NCBI RefSeq assembly: GCF_006345805.1 | Contig: NC_043017.1 | Location: 6,944,001-7,008,000, forward strand | DNA: 64,000 nucleotides | Source of the DNA: Octopus sinensis | Lineage: Eukaryota | Reading direction: 5' to 3' | Part shown: positions 13,151 through 25,370 of the stretch, one piece after another | How the letters are laid out: every line of letters starts with the position of its first letter | How positions within the stretch are numbered: position 1 is the stretch's first letter | Position numbers and translations under genes: made by a program | The notes under the pieces: model-generated | Databases searched by the model: none | What the model was told of the DNA's origin: nothing | The model's input: only the letters and a program-made list of their open reading frames with translations

Positions 13151-13309
13151 TTCATATCAGCTGTTTGTTTTTCAATGATTCATTTCTCGTTTATTCTCTT
13201 TTTCTGCTTCTTCCTCTTTCGATAATTAATTCTCTGTCTCTGAGTTTTTCCTATTTTTCGCTCTGTCAGCCAGCCTGCGACTCTCCCTTTCTCCCCCTCT
13301 CTCTCTTTC

Positions 13310-13372
<63 letters not shown>

Positions 13373-14044
13373 CTTTCTTACTCTGTCTTTCTCTCTCTCT
13401 CTCCCCTCTCTCTCCCCTCTCTACCCCTTTCTCTTCCCTCTCTGCCTTCCTTCTCTCTCTTTTTCACCTCTCTTCCCCTCTCTGTCCTCTTCTCTTGTCC
13501 TTTCTCTATACTCTTCTCCCCTATCTTCTTTCTCTCCTTTCCTCTCTCTCCCTCTCTCTCTCTCTCTCTGTCCTTTTTGCTATCTCTCTCTTCTTTACCT
13601 CTCTCTCTCTTTTTCCTCATTTTTCCAACTTTACCACCGCCTCTTCTTCCATATTCTTCCTACTTCGTCTGCCTTCCTACTTCTCTCTCTCTTTCTCTCT
13701 TTCTCCCTCGCTCTCTCTCTCTCCCTCTCTCTCCCTCTCTCTCCCTCTCTCCCCCCTCTCTCGCTGTTTATCTCTTTCTTTCTCTTCCTCTCCATGGACA
13801 CATCCTACATCGTAAGCAATAGAGATTACACAAACAAACACAAATACACTCACACGCATACATACGCACACACACACATGCACATACACTCTCACACAAA
13901 CTCACACACACACTCACACGCATATACACATACACACATGCACACGCGCACACATACAGATATTCCCAGAAGCGCGAGCGAACACACACACACACACAAA
14001 CTACATACACGCACACAGACTAGCACACACACACACACACATAA

Positions 14045-14075
<31 letters not shown>

Positions 14076-14995
14076 AGCACATTCACACACACACAAGCAG
14101 ACTGACACACAGACAAGCACGCACACACACATACACACATATACATGTACACACACACACACTCACACACACACACTCTCATACAAAACGCACGTACGCA
14201 CATTATCATAAGGAAAACCCATTCGAAGATAAACATTCACCCAGTGTCTACAATATATTCTTAATGTAACTCAACCTTTTTGTTTCATATGGAAATGGAA
14301 TGTCTTTTATTCCAACTGGGAACTGGAATTGGATCCAAACCCTATTGTTTTACCAATTAAACGAGATCAGGTCACAAAGAATTAGAGGCGTTGGCAAGAA
14401 CGAAAATTAACCCGAACAAGTCTGAAGTTTTGCAGCCCAACATTTTGAAGACGTAGTTTCTATGCCGCCGCCGACCAACATCGTGAATTGGTTACTTCAC
14501 CGGCAGACCGGTTTAGTTGCTGGTTTTGGTCAAGATCTCGAGAAGGATGGGAGAATAAGTAAAACGTTTCTTATTCTTTACTAAAAGTGATAGCATGTCC
14601 TATATTTTTCCAGGTGTAATAACTTGTCCTGTACTTTTCCCGGTTTATAATCTTAAGAATATTACTTTTCATGCTTACATTTTTCCATGAACTAAAGTCC
14701 CTTAAGGGATGCAAGCATCCTAGTTCTCCAGTTTGTACCAGCGTTCGGTGTAAAAAAAACTACATTAGTTTATCATTGAAACATATAGGTATCTAAAATA
14801 CTTTATTGATGAGAAAATGGGGAAAAATTGACGTACATGCGTTAATTACTTAAAGACATTCTGTATTTGAAGCGATTGGTTGTAGAAACAGCTGTAGGTA
14901 GGAATTTCTGTGTATGAATTTAAATGTCGTTAAATAAATAACGTCTGTATGTCAATTCTCTCCATTTTCTTCATTTTCTCATTCATATGTTGGAA

Positions 14996-15369
14996 GCACT
15001 CCGTCGGTTACGACGACGAGGGTTCCGGTTGATCCGAATCAACGGAACAGCCTGCTCGTAAAATTAACGTGTAGGTGGCTGAGCACTCCACAGACACGTG
15101 TACCCTTAACGTAGTTCTCGGGGATATTCAGCGTGACACAGAGAGTGACAAGGCCGGCCCTTTGAAATACAGGTACAACAGAAACAGGAAGTAAGAGAAA
15201 GTTTTGGTGAAAGAGTACAGCAGGGATCACCATCATCCCCTGCCGGAGCCTCGTGGAGCTTTAGGTGTTTTCGCTCAATAAACACTCACAACGCCCGGTC
15301 TGGGAATCGAAATCGCGATCCTATGACCGCGAGTCCGCTCCCCTAACCACTGGGCCATTGCGCCTCCAC
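14996..15369 (-). mobile_element. tRNA-derived SINE family C, full length
   Basis: Head GGAGGCGCAATGGCCCAGTGGTTAGG...GATTTCGATTCCC; 3' half shared with family D; head fragments at 1-75 and 3503-3610. Confidence 0.85.
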
Positions 15370-16354
15370 TCTCATTCATATAGTATATATTTAGATAGAT
15401 AGATTGATACATACATACAGATATATGCCGTGCTTCTTTCAGTTTTTTGTCTACCAAATCCATTCATCAGCCTTTGGTTCGCGCAAGGCTATAGTAGAAG
15501 ACACTTGCCCAAGGTCCCACGCAGTGGGACTGAACCCAGAACCATGTGTTTGGAAAGCAAAGTTCTTAACACAAAACCTTCCCCTGCGCCTAAATGCTAA
15601 AACACCCAGTAAGCTGCAATAGTCAATAAGAAAGAAAATGTATTTTTTCTGTGTGGCCCGGTACTGGACCGCGGACCGATAGTTGGGAACCCGTGTGATA
15701 GATCGTCACCGCCAGCACTACCGCCACTGCTGCTACAACCGCTACTACCATTGTCACCACCACCACCATACTACACCTCCACCGACACTACAAATATTTA
15801 CATAGCCGAAAAATAGAATAATCCTAGACACAAATTAATTAGACATTTTCTCTTCCAACTCCAAGGAACCCCAATGTGGTCGACCCGTTTGCTAGAAATA
15901 GCTGCCAAATCACCTTCAAATCACATCTTACTGTTTTGAAAAGAGAGAGAAGGGGATGAAGAGGAAGAGAGAGAGGAAGAGAGAGTGGGGGGGGAGAAAG
16001 AACACACTGAATAATGTAACCCAAGGTACATTATGCCTAGAATAGAAAACGCGGGTGTAGTAGTTGATCGATGGTCTTTCGGGGAAAATATCACAACTTC
16101 GTGGAGTAGGAAAAGGGTTGGGGATGGGGTGATTGCTTCTTTCTGTGAAAGTTTTTTCACTTTTTTATTTGTTCCAAACATTTAATTTCTTACATTTTTG
16201 GCCTCCAATTCTGTACCCTTTTCCGGTAAATTTTTTACCGGTACTTTCCTCCACAAGGTAGTGATTGTTATTCTAAGGGTCAGCCGACCAACTGTTATAC
16301 CATTCTCACAAGATTGAATAGTTTTATTTACCAATCCTTTCGTAAAGTAAACAT

Positions 16355-16508
16355 AGGCGCAGGAGTGGCAGCTTGCTAACCAACCACATGGTTCCGGGTT
16401 CAGTCCCACTGCGTGGCATCTTGGGCAAGTGTCTTCTGCTATAGCCCCGGGCCGACCAATGCCTTGTGAGTGGATTTGGTAGACGGAAACTGAAAGAAGC
16501 CTGTCGTA

Positions 16509-16577
<69 letters not shown>

Positions 16578-16795
16578 GTTTGTGTGTCTGTGTTTGTCCC
16601 CCTAGCATTGCTTGACAACCGATGCTGGTGTGTTTACGTCCCCGTTACTTAGCGGTTCGGCAAAAGAGACAGATAGAATAAGTACTGGGCTTACAAAAGA
16701 ATAAGTCCCGGGGTCGATTTACTCGACTAAAGGCGGTGCTCCAGCATGGCCGCAGTCAAATGACTGAAACAAGTAAAAGAGAGTAAAGAGTATTG
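16355..16795 (+). mobile_element. tRNA-derived SINE family A (CORE-like box, internal (TA)n(TG)n), representative young copy
   Basis: Head GGCGCAGGAGTGGC...GGGTTCAGTCCC, CTTGGGCAAGTGTCTT box, tail GACTGAAACAAGTAAAAGAG. Other copies at about 25800-26180(-), 27383-27787(+), 37648-38050(+), 40145-40685(-), 45268-45650(+), 47555-47950(+), 49708-50068(-), 51026-51425(+) and 61070-61450(-), plus many fragments. Confidence 0.85.
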
Positions 16796-17569
16796 GATTT
16801 CGATAATAGGAAAGCACCGAAATTTCATACGCCCTTCACAATTGCACCCCAGCAAGGAGGAGGTTGCTGTCCCCTTATGCATTCCATATCATTAAGCATC
16901 TGGGTTGAAATAACGAATGAACCATCGACACGAACAAGTCTGCTTCACTGTTTGACAAAAGATACACAGTGAACTTCTGCCTTGAGATGAGCCAACGACA
17001 AAGCTTCTCTGTATTTGCTTGTCGTAATACAAATAATGGCTTAATTTTCATTTAAATCGCACCAAGCATCTATTTAGCATTCAGATTACTCTGTCAAATG
17101 TAATGCTTATTTGTTCACATTGTTTTCAATTAATCATGTGTTATCTCGTCTCGTAGCTTTGAGATTTCGATGATGCAATTGTTTATTTTTAAAATGATAT
17201 TGCTAGATAGCGTAGGAGTGGCTGTGTGGTTAGTAGCTTGCCTACCAACCCGTTCCGGGCTCCAGGTTCAGTCCCACTGCGTGGTACCTTGGGCAAGTGT
17301 CTTCTACTATAGCCTCGGGCCAACCAAAGCCTTACACCCACGTTTTTTATTCTAACCTTGGGCTACTTGTAGAGGGAATATTCTACTCAAGTGTGCACCT
17401 CTTCTCACCGACTTTATTTCCTAATAATTTTCTGAAAAATTGATATTAATGAATATTGTTATATTTGAGGATGATCCTGTTTTGCCTTTTAAACACACGC
17501 ACCATCTATTTGATCTTCACAATAGCTTTTATTACTAACCCGTTTGACATCGCACGCTCAGTCCGTATT

Positions 17570-18132
17570 GGCACTTGATCCACTGTTGCGAAAGATGGAA
17601 CAGCTAAGAGGCATCCATTTCGAACTGTGACAAGGAAGAGCAGCGTCGACATACGCAGACGATGTCACCGTTATGGCGTCGGACGCCTCCGAAATGGAGG
17701 TGGTCGGCACCATCCCAAATGAATATGAGCCGGTTTGAGGCTCGTTTTTAGTCCTTCAATTGGACAGGCAATGCAGTTTTCCGTTGCCTGGTGGTTGTGG
17801 CGAAAGAGATTGTTTGGGGGACAGATACATTCCTCTTTGGTAAAGCTCTCATTGACTTTTTCGAGTTTCACTTGAAAAGTAAATGAGAATGGAGAGGGAA
17901 GTGCTGTCCTCGAGTGAGTTTACTGAAAGGTGGGTGGAAGTTGTGAAAACGGCAAGAGTGGATGGTACCTCTCTAAGTGTAGACCTGTGAGTCGGAGAGA
18001 AGGGACTGGAGAGGGATCTTGCTCTTGGTGTTCAGGGACATCTCAGACAGTGGGGTTCCTCGATTATCCCTAGAGGTCTTCCTGTATCAGTTGGGCTACA
18101 CCCCTATCATCCTCCCCGCCACCTTTTTTTTA
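17570..18132 (+). mobile_element. L1/Tx1-like LINE fragment with internal deletion (RT motif plus C-terminus and 3'UTR)
   Basis: Translates ...GRAASTYADDVTVMASD... (YADD motif), then ERWVEVVKTARVDGTSLSVDL* and a short 3'UTR. Confidence 0.6.
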
Positions 18133-18137
18133 AACCT

Positions 18138-18873
18138 TTATATGCTACGTATGCTGTTTCCAGTGGCATTTACACAGCACGCCAATGTAACCAGAGTTCC
18201 CCTCTCCGCACTTGTCATTTTTCCCACTTGCTTTGTTCCTTTTCTGGCAATAATTCTGTCGGGGCGCTGCACAGTTGTTATGCCAGTTTCATCCACGTTG
18301 TAGATATTGAATGGATCAAATTTATACCGAAGCATCACCTCAGCAAGTTGGTTGAAAAACAGCAACATTTGTCTTGTTGAAACTTGTTGCTCGTGCCAAG
18401 CTTGTTGCCTGTGGACGTCTTATGGATAAATTCTTGTGTCGTTGAAGATATCCAGAGAACCAGTCTTCACCTACCATTTCTGTCTCATGCCAGGTTGGAG
18501 TGATATTACATCCATGTGCCTTTGCAATCTGAAAAGCCAATTTCCGCACATCCTTTCAAGCAAGCCCATAGTAAATTTCTACGGCAGCCAAAACAATAAG
18601 CCTCTAACTGATTCTCGAACTCGTCGATGAGAACTTTCCGTGGCTTTTTGTATCCACTAAGACTGTGATCGTTGTTGTTTGCTTCAGCAGCCTTGGTACA
18701 GTAGCAAGACAGAGATTTTAAAGGGATGCCAAATATCCTCGAAGCTTCCCGCAAGAAGATGACACGAGATCGGACCTGTTGAATAGCCTGTTGGATTACA
18801 TCCTGTGGAAGGGTTGCCCTCTCGCTTTTGCGTTTGTAGTGTCGCACCATGATAATTCTAGATCTAGGTCTGT

Positions 18874-18930
<57 letters not shown>

Positions 18931-19723
18931 AAAAAAAGCAATTTAGCTCATTGCATAATCCAACAGTGAAAGCAAAACGAAGCTCTGCGTGTTTACCTAC
19001 TTTTTAGTTTCAAGCATGCCTGGTCACGGCATAACTTCATGCTTATATGTCAGTGGTACAGGTTACAAAGCTAAGGCAGAATACAAGCTGTTGACTAAAT
19101 AGGTAGCGGTATGAAGATAGAATAGGTTGGTATAGATAAAGATAGCTGATCGAAAACTATAGCAAGCAATGCATAAATTACTCAATGAATTGCTCCATTG
19201 TACCAGACATGAATCAAATAGCAAATACTCTTAGTTGAAATGGGTTAGATACAGTCTGTGAATCAATGTAAGCAACCTACAACAACTTTATCACAGGCCG
19301 GGGCAAGTTGACACACTGTGTCAACGTGCCCCTGTTTCCATGTGTCAACTTGCCTCGACCCCGTTTTCCTCGTAAATGTAAACACTGAGAGAAAACCACT
19401 AGGGTTTCTCAAGGATCCATTTGTATAGGGTCGTGAGAGATATTTTACTAACTCCTTAAGGTTTAATACACATAATGCAGTCTTAAACAATATCCAAAAT
19501 AACTAATTATCAAAAATGTCGAAAATAACTTACCAAGTGGAAAATTCCAATGTTGTCCGCGTGGAGCAGACAAAATCTCACAATGGCGACGAAATCAAAC
19601 GAGGAGGAAGCTTATACTAACAGCATTACTATGATGTCGTTAAATCGTCCGAAAGTATTTTCGCATTTTCTCTAGAGAAAATGTGTCAACTTGCCCCTGT
19701 AGCCAACTTGCCCCGGTCTCCCC
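18138..19723 (-). mobile_element. pogo/Tigger-like (HTH_psq/CENP-B, DDE_1) DNA transposon, frameshifted and 3'-truncated
   Basis: Three overlapping ORFs: MVRHYKRK...HTH, GEDWFSGYLQRHKNLSIRRPQATSLARA, and IYNVDETG...SAERGTLVT. Left end TA|GGGGAGACCGGGGCAAG with internal repeats of the motif. 5'UTR intron GTAAGT (19533) to (CT)n-CAG (18870). Confidence 0.88.
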
Positions 19724-19803
19724 TACCAGTGAAACACTGGGATCGATGTTATCGACTAGTCTCTTCCCCAAATTTCAGGCCTTTTGCTTTTAAAAGTCTA
19801 GGA

Positions 19804-19978
19804 CAGTCGTTCCCAAACTTTTTAGAGTCGCGACCCACTATTTATCACACCAGTTTATGACGACCCACTAATAAGTCTTGAACTATCTCGATAGACAGCA
19901 GTTAATCAAAGCTAATGCGTAATTTTATAACTTTTTGCGACCCTCTGTGGGTCGCGACTCATAGTTTGGGAACCACTG
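19804..19978. mobile_element. hAT (Charlie-like) MITE
   Basis: TIR CAGT(C/G)GTTCCCAAAC; perfect 8-bp TSD GTCTAGGA at 19796-19803 and 19979-19986. Confidence 0.85.
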
Positions 19979-20315
19979 GTCTAGGATTATTATTCATAGT
20001 AATTTGTCAGAGCTCTTTCGTTACACATTCTGTAACCTCTACAGCGGCTCTCTGTCCCACGTGTTTCTTCTTGTCCTCACTGTTCCATTTTGTCTTTAAT
20101 GAAATTTTCCACAAATGCCTTTCAGATGGTGTAGATTACGATTATAAGGGAATTCAATGTGCAAAGTAACTGATGGGCGCTCCCATATCTCATACTGATA
20201 CAAGTCGCATGTTTTTTTCAAAATTTCGAGCTTCATTTTAGGTGATAAGAGGGTCTGTACGTATGGGTGCGCGCCTACAAAGTTTTTTACCCATTAAACC
20301 TTAATATATAAAATT

Positions 20316-20496
20316 GGCGATCCTTCGGTATAAGTACACACGTGACTTCGTTTACATTTGTGAAGATAACAGAAACCCTTTTCTCCCACCCCTAACCCTA
20401 ACCCTAACCCTAAGACAAACCCTAACCCCCCACCACCATATAAAAAAAAAAAACACTTTCTTGAAATGTATCCGGTACTTATACCTAAGTTACGGC
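20316..20496. mobile_element. Helentron/DINE-like non-autonomous element with internal (CCCTAA)n; inverted copy at about 30435-30607
   Basis: Sub-terminal inverted repeat TTCGGTATAAGTAC/GTACTTATACCTAA; second copy in reverse orientation. Superfamily assignment is inference. Confidence 0.45.
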
Positions 20497-20638
20497 ATAA
20501 AATTCACTGTGTGTGTGTGTGTGTGTGTCCGTTATGCACGGCCAATTGTAATTTACTTCATCTGAAAGTTATTTGTAGAAAGTTTCACACAAAACAAAAC
20601 ATCCACTTTTTTTCTGAAATTTATGAGGAAACAAAGTC

Positions 20639-20947
20639 GGTACTACTTAAGGAAAGTGGTCCCGGTGCGCGCACTCGCGTACTCACGCATCCGCGCTAGC
20701 TAGTCGTGACTAGTCGATCCTTACGTTGTGTCTTTGTTTTATTTACTTTGTTTAAAAAAATTATTTACTTTGTGTTTTTGTGTTTTATTAACTTTGTTTT
20801 TTAAAATTATTTTGTGTAAAAAAATTATTTTTTTGTTTTATTTACTTTGCTAAGTAGTCGTTGTAGGATCGACTAGTCACGACTAGCTAGCGCGGATGCG
20901 CGAGTACGCGAGTGCGCGCACTGGGACCACTCTACTTAAGTAGTACC
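20639..20947. mobile_element. Merlin-like MITE, about 83-bp TIRs, 9-bp TSD
   Basis: TIRs GGTACTACTTAAG...GTCGATCCT and their reverse complement; TSD AACAAAGTC at 20630-20638 and 20948-20956. GG termini with an 8-9 bp TSD fit Merlin/IS1016; MULE is not excluded. Confidence 0.75.
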
Positions 20948-21139
20948 AACAAAGTCGGAGAGTAGCACTCTTATGTACGTATGCCGGAATATTCGGCCCT
21001 TTTACGGCCGGTTTAAATGCTAAGTGATTGACTAAATAAAAATAGTTTGGTTGAGTTGACAAAAAAATTCTTTTCCAAGGGAAATAACTTCCAATTCAGA
21101 TTTTCTTAATTCCCTCCCTTGACAAGTTACCGGCTGCTT

Positions 21140-21153
21140 GTTGCCATAGAAAC
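21140..21153. promoter_or_regulatory. RFX X-box-like motif GTTGCCATAGAAAC in a CpG-containing promoter-like segment
   Basis: Fits the consensus GTYNCY-AT-RGNAAC. Confidence 0.5.
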
Positions 21154-22299
21154 AAACGATCGGATGCTAAACAAACGCCAGCAGACGTTAAACATTGTAT
21201 GAGAGTAAATCCATTAAAAATCATGAGATATACTTTTAAGCTGAGAGTAATGAATGGAGGTAGATCTAAGTATCGCCTTATGACATTTTCGTTAGCTCCT
21301 GACCATCTACTGTTCCTTTTACTTCATTCCTTCTATCTCTCTTCCAGTTATTCCCTTATCCTAGTATTCTGTCTCATGTCCCTTAATTCTCCGCTTTCTT
21401 TTTCTTCTTCGTCTTTTTCCGTCATTCCCCGTGTTTTACTTTGAAAAGATTTTGTTTGACTTTATTTCCCTTTCTCGTTTTACAATCTTTCTTTCCAATT
21501 TATTCGCTCTTTTACCTTCTTTTTCTTTAGTTTATCGTTTCTCTTTCAAAAACTTTTACTTCTTTCACATAGCTCATTTCTTTTCCTTTTTCTTTTTCTT
21601 TCTACTTTTTCCTCCCTTCTCTTTATTCTTTTCTCTTTTCTCTATGTCTTTTCTACTCTTCCCTTCACTTCTCTTCTAACTCACATTCCCTATATCTATG
21701 TCTTCCTCTCTTTCTCTCTCTCTCACTCATGTTTAAGCCTCGGAATCCCCTCTCCAGTTTCCTTTCATTTTAGGGTTTATCTTTAATTTTGCATAAATAT
21801 TTTAATCTTTTATTTATTTATTCACTTTTCTGTTAATCCTTATACCCATTCCCTCTTTATCTCTTACTCTCCTCTTCTGTCTCTTCCTGTAATTCCAACT
21901 TTCTTACATACCTCTTCTTTTGCCTCACTCTCTTCAGTGACTCCCTCTCTTTCACTCTCTCTTTCTCACTTTCTCTCTTCCTATGTATTTATCTATCGAA
22001 CTTGTCTATGTGCCAATAACTTCAAAGAAAGTTAATAAAAAACACAGGGAGAGTTTATGACCTCTTATAAAATAAATAAACGAACGATAAATAGATCGGA
22101 AAGAATAGATATTAAAACTCAGGAAGAAATTACGAGAAAAACAAATAACACGGAGAAAGAAAGTGATTAAAGAGAGAGGGGAACAAAGCGACAGTGTGAG
22201 GAACGAAGAGAGAGAGATATATATATACAGCGTAAGACGAAGAGGGAAAGAAAGATATACAGAGAGCATAAACTGGAGTGGGAGGAGAGGGAGGGAGAG

Positions 22300-22384
22300 G
22301 CTGACAAGATCATAGTGTCCGTCGGTCGTCCGTCACAACGAGTTCGGCCGTTAGGCCTGGGTAGACATCGTTCTTAAGGTAAGT
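22300..22384 (+). other. Candidate first exon (CpG-rich) ending in a consensus splice donor
   Basis: CpG-dense gtccgtcggtcgtccgtcacaacgagttcggccg followed by TTAAG|GTAAGT (exon end 22378). Confidence 0.4.
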
Positions 22385-22552
22385 TTATATAAAAAAGTTT
22401 TATAAGTTGATAATACGAGAGCTGGACATTTGATTTCTTATTTGTCTCTCTATGATTTAATGATATCTCTCTTTTCGTGTAGAATATGGCGAGATATTAT
22501 CAAAGATCCATACATACTTTTTATCCATCCATCTCTTTATAACTTTATACGT

Positions 22553-22584
<32 letters not shown>

Positions 22585-22585
<1 letters not shown>

Positions 22586-22605
22586 TGTATGTATGTGTGT
22601 GTGGA

Positions 22606-22644
<39 letters not shown>

Positions 22645-22791
22645 GTGTATCTATATATATATATGTGTGTGTGTGTATCTATATATTTTTCTCTTTATCA
22701 TATGTATGAGGAAATCACCAAAACATACATCTATCAATGTGTGTGTGTGTGGATCTATATATATATATATATATATATGCGTGTGTGTATC

Positions 22792-22832
<41 letters not shown>

Positions 22833-23100
22833 ATCTATATATATTTTCTCTGTGACCATCTCTTTATGTGTATGAGGAAATCACCAAGATATACATCTAT
22901 CAATGTGTGTGGTGTGTGTGTGGATCTATATATATGCGTGTGGATGTGTGGATCTATATATATGCATGTGTGTGTGTGTGTACCTATATATATGTGTGTG
23001 TGTCTATATATATTTTCTCTATGGCCATCTATTTATCATATATATGGGGAAATCACCAAGGCATACATCTATCAATGTGTGTGTGTGTGTGTGTGTGTGT
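22585..23100. repeat. Compound tandem repeat (three microsatellite-rich units)
   Basis: GAAATCACCAA..CATACATCTATCAATGTGTG occurs three times. Confidence 0.8.
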
Positions 23101-23188
23101 GACTCAAGGGCCAAGAGTAGGCCCTTATCACTGATAAGTGCTAATACACGAAACTCTCAGCCCTTGAGTCACTGTTGTTTCTGCTAAA

Positions 23189-23420
23189 GGTACTACCTGA
23201 GAACAGGGGTCCCGGTGCGCGCACTCGCGTAGTCTCGCATCCGCGCTAGCTAGTCGTGACTAGTCGATCCTAAAACGACAACCCAGCAAAGTAAATAAAA
23301 CACAAAATAAACCATTTTTTTACACAAAGTAAATAACACAAAAACACAAAGTAAAGATCGACTAGTCATGACTAGCTAGCGCGAGTGCGCGCACCGGGAC
23401 CACTGTTCTCAAGTAGTACC
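23189..23420. mobile_element. Second Merlin-like MITE of the same family, opposite orientation, 8-bp TSD
   Basis: Same TIRs; TSD CTGCTAAA at 23181-23188 and 23421-23428; internal A-rich strand reversed relative to copy 1. Confidence 0.75.
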
Positions 23421-24389
23421 CTGCTAAATATTAATAAATTATACACATATTTTGATTTCTATTTTTCTTGTTTACATCACCACACCTGTGTGTGTGTTTG
23501 TATATATATTATATATGCTTGTTTGTCACTACACTGCTTGTCATATGTCTACACATGTGGGTTTCTATTTGAGAGGTGTATACATACGTACATACTCTAT
23601 CACATAAACATACATCAGGAATACAATCTGTAAGCGGAACAGTAAAAATGTGCAAGACTTTTCTCAAGTTCCTCATGTGAACTTGTTTTTCTTATCTACA
23701 TTCCAATATTGGAGTTTTGTATATTTATTAAAAACCAGCTTCTTCCTTACAGGAAGACTTCAAATCACTGATAATGGAAGAGAATATATATACATATAAA
23801 TACAGGTGTTTGTATACATATATATAGATTGATAGACAGACAGACAGATAGATAAATAGGCAGTTAGACAGACTGATAGATAGACAGATTTAGACAGACT
23901 GATAGATAGACCGATAGATAGATGGGTTGATGGATGGATGGATGGATGGATAGATAGATAGATGGATGGATAATAGATGGATGGATGGACAGATAGATGG
24001 ATCGATAGATAGATGGATGGATAGATGGAGGGATAGATGGATGGATGGATAAATAGATGGATGGATGGATGGACAGATAGATGGATAGATAGACAGATAG
24101 ATAGGTAGATGGATGGATAGATAGACAGATAGATAAAAATAGATATGGCTGGTCTGTGGGGTTAAACTGGGTTTCACATCCATAAAGCGCTTAGCTTTAC
24201 AGTGTTTCTTGAGGCCCAAAACTTGTTGGCTTTGCTAGAGGGGCCATAAGCCAATGGGTTTAGGGTCTGAAGAAATGCTATAAACCTAAGCACTTTGTGA
24301 ACGTGAAACCCAGGGTAAAACCCATGGACCAGCCATATCTATCTTTATCACTACAACTACTCTAATCACCACTACCACCGTTGTCAACA

Positions 24390-24680
24390 CCATCACCAAG
24401 GAATTTCTATGTGGCCACTCAAACTTCTGAAAATAGCAGCCAAAATATCCCTCAAATCATCATCATCATCGTCAGTCACCATTATCATTATAACTACTCT
24501 AACCACTACCACCACCATCACCAAGGAATTTCTATGTGGTCACTCAAACTTCTGAAAATAGCAGCCAAAATATCCCTCAAATCATCATCATCATCACCAT
24601 CATCATCAGACATCATTATCATTATGACTACTCTAACCACCACCATCACCAAAGAATTTCTATGTGGTCACTCAAACTTC
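24390..24680. repeat. Tandem repeat, unit of about 125-135 bp, about 2.3 copies, with (CAT)n/(CAC)n
   Basis: CAAGGAATTTCTATGTGG(C/T)CACTCAAACTTCT occurs three times. Confidence 0.85.
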
Positions 24681-25064
24681 TACAAACAGCTGCCAAAACT
24701 GGACACACCTGGCCGAAATATTCTACCCATTTTATTTTTAAGAAATAAGCAATGACATCATCAAAACCTGAAAGGTATGAAATAACACATGATTAATTCG
24801 AAATGATGTGAATAAATAAGCATGACAGTTTGATAGAGCAATCTGAACACTTGAAGGGTTGAAGAGCTTCAGCAGTGTGGGCCACCGGGGAATCATGTTA
24901 CACCAACCTCACAAGCAAGAATATCAACAGAAGTGGCTGTAATTTCAGAAGTGCACGATTGCCCAACTGTCACCTTTGAAATTCAGGATTCATAATTTAT
25001 ATCGCAAAGACACTTGCCCAACACAGCTTCATGTTGGCATTAGGTGTATGTCCCAACTTGTCAT

Positions 25065-25370
25065 GTTGTTTGTTCCTTCTTGAGTCATGCCTGGCTCATA
25101 AGGGCCAGTTTCCTGGTTTCTTTGGCGTATAGGTTCCCCCACCTGGACGGGACACCGGTCCGTTGCAGGTGAGCTGCAAGATGCAGGAGGAAAGAGTGAG
25201 AGAAAGTTGTGGCGAAAGAGTCAGCAGAAGTTCGCCATTACCTTCTGCCGGAGCCGCGTGGAGGTTAGGTGTTTCGCTCATAAACACACACATTGCCCGG
25301 TCTGAGATTCGAACCCGCGATCCCTCGACCGCGAGTCCACTGCTCTAACCACTAGGCCATGTGCCTCCAC
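25065..25370 (-). mobile_element. tRNA-derived SINE with a C-type head and a third type of 3' region
   Basis: Head as in family C, followed by GTCCCGTCCAGGTGGGGAACC...GAAACTGGCCCTTATGAG. Confidence 0.7.

Noticed and set aside
15310-15369. tRNA genes suggested by A and B boxes (also at many other SINE heads)
   Set aside because: Each continues into a SINE body and lacks a proper acceptor stem; these are tRNA-derived heads.
20390-20427. (CCCTAA)n as a telomere or interstitial telomere
   Set aside because: Only a few units, inside a dispersed element that recurs inverted at about 30.5 kb.
24262-24325. CTGAAGA...GAAACCCAGGGTA hammerhead candidate
   Set aside because: Stem II does not close next to GAAA and stem I has only 1 bp; the pairing is explained by the MITE TIRs.
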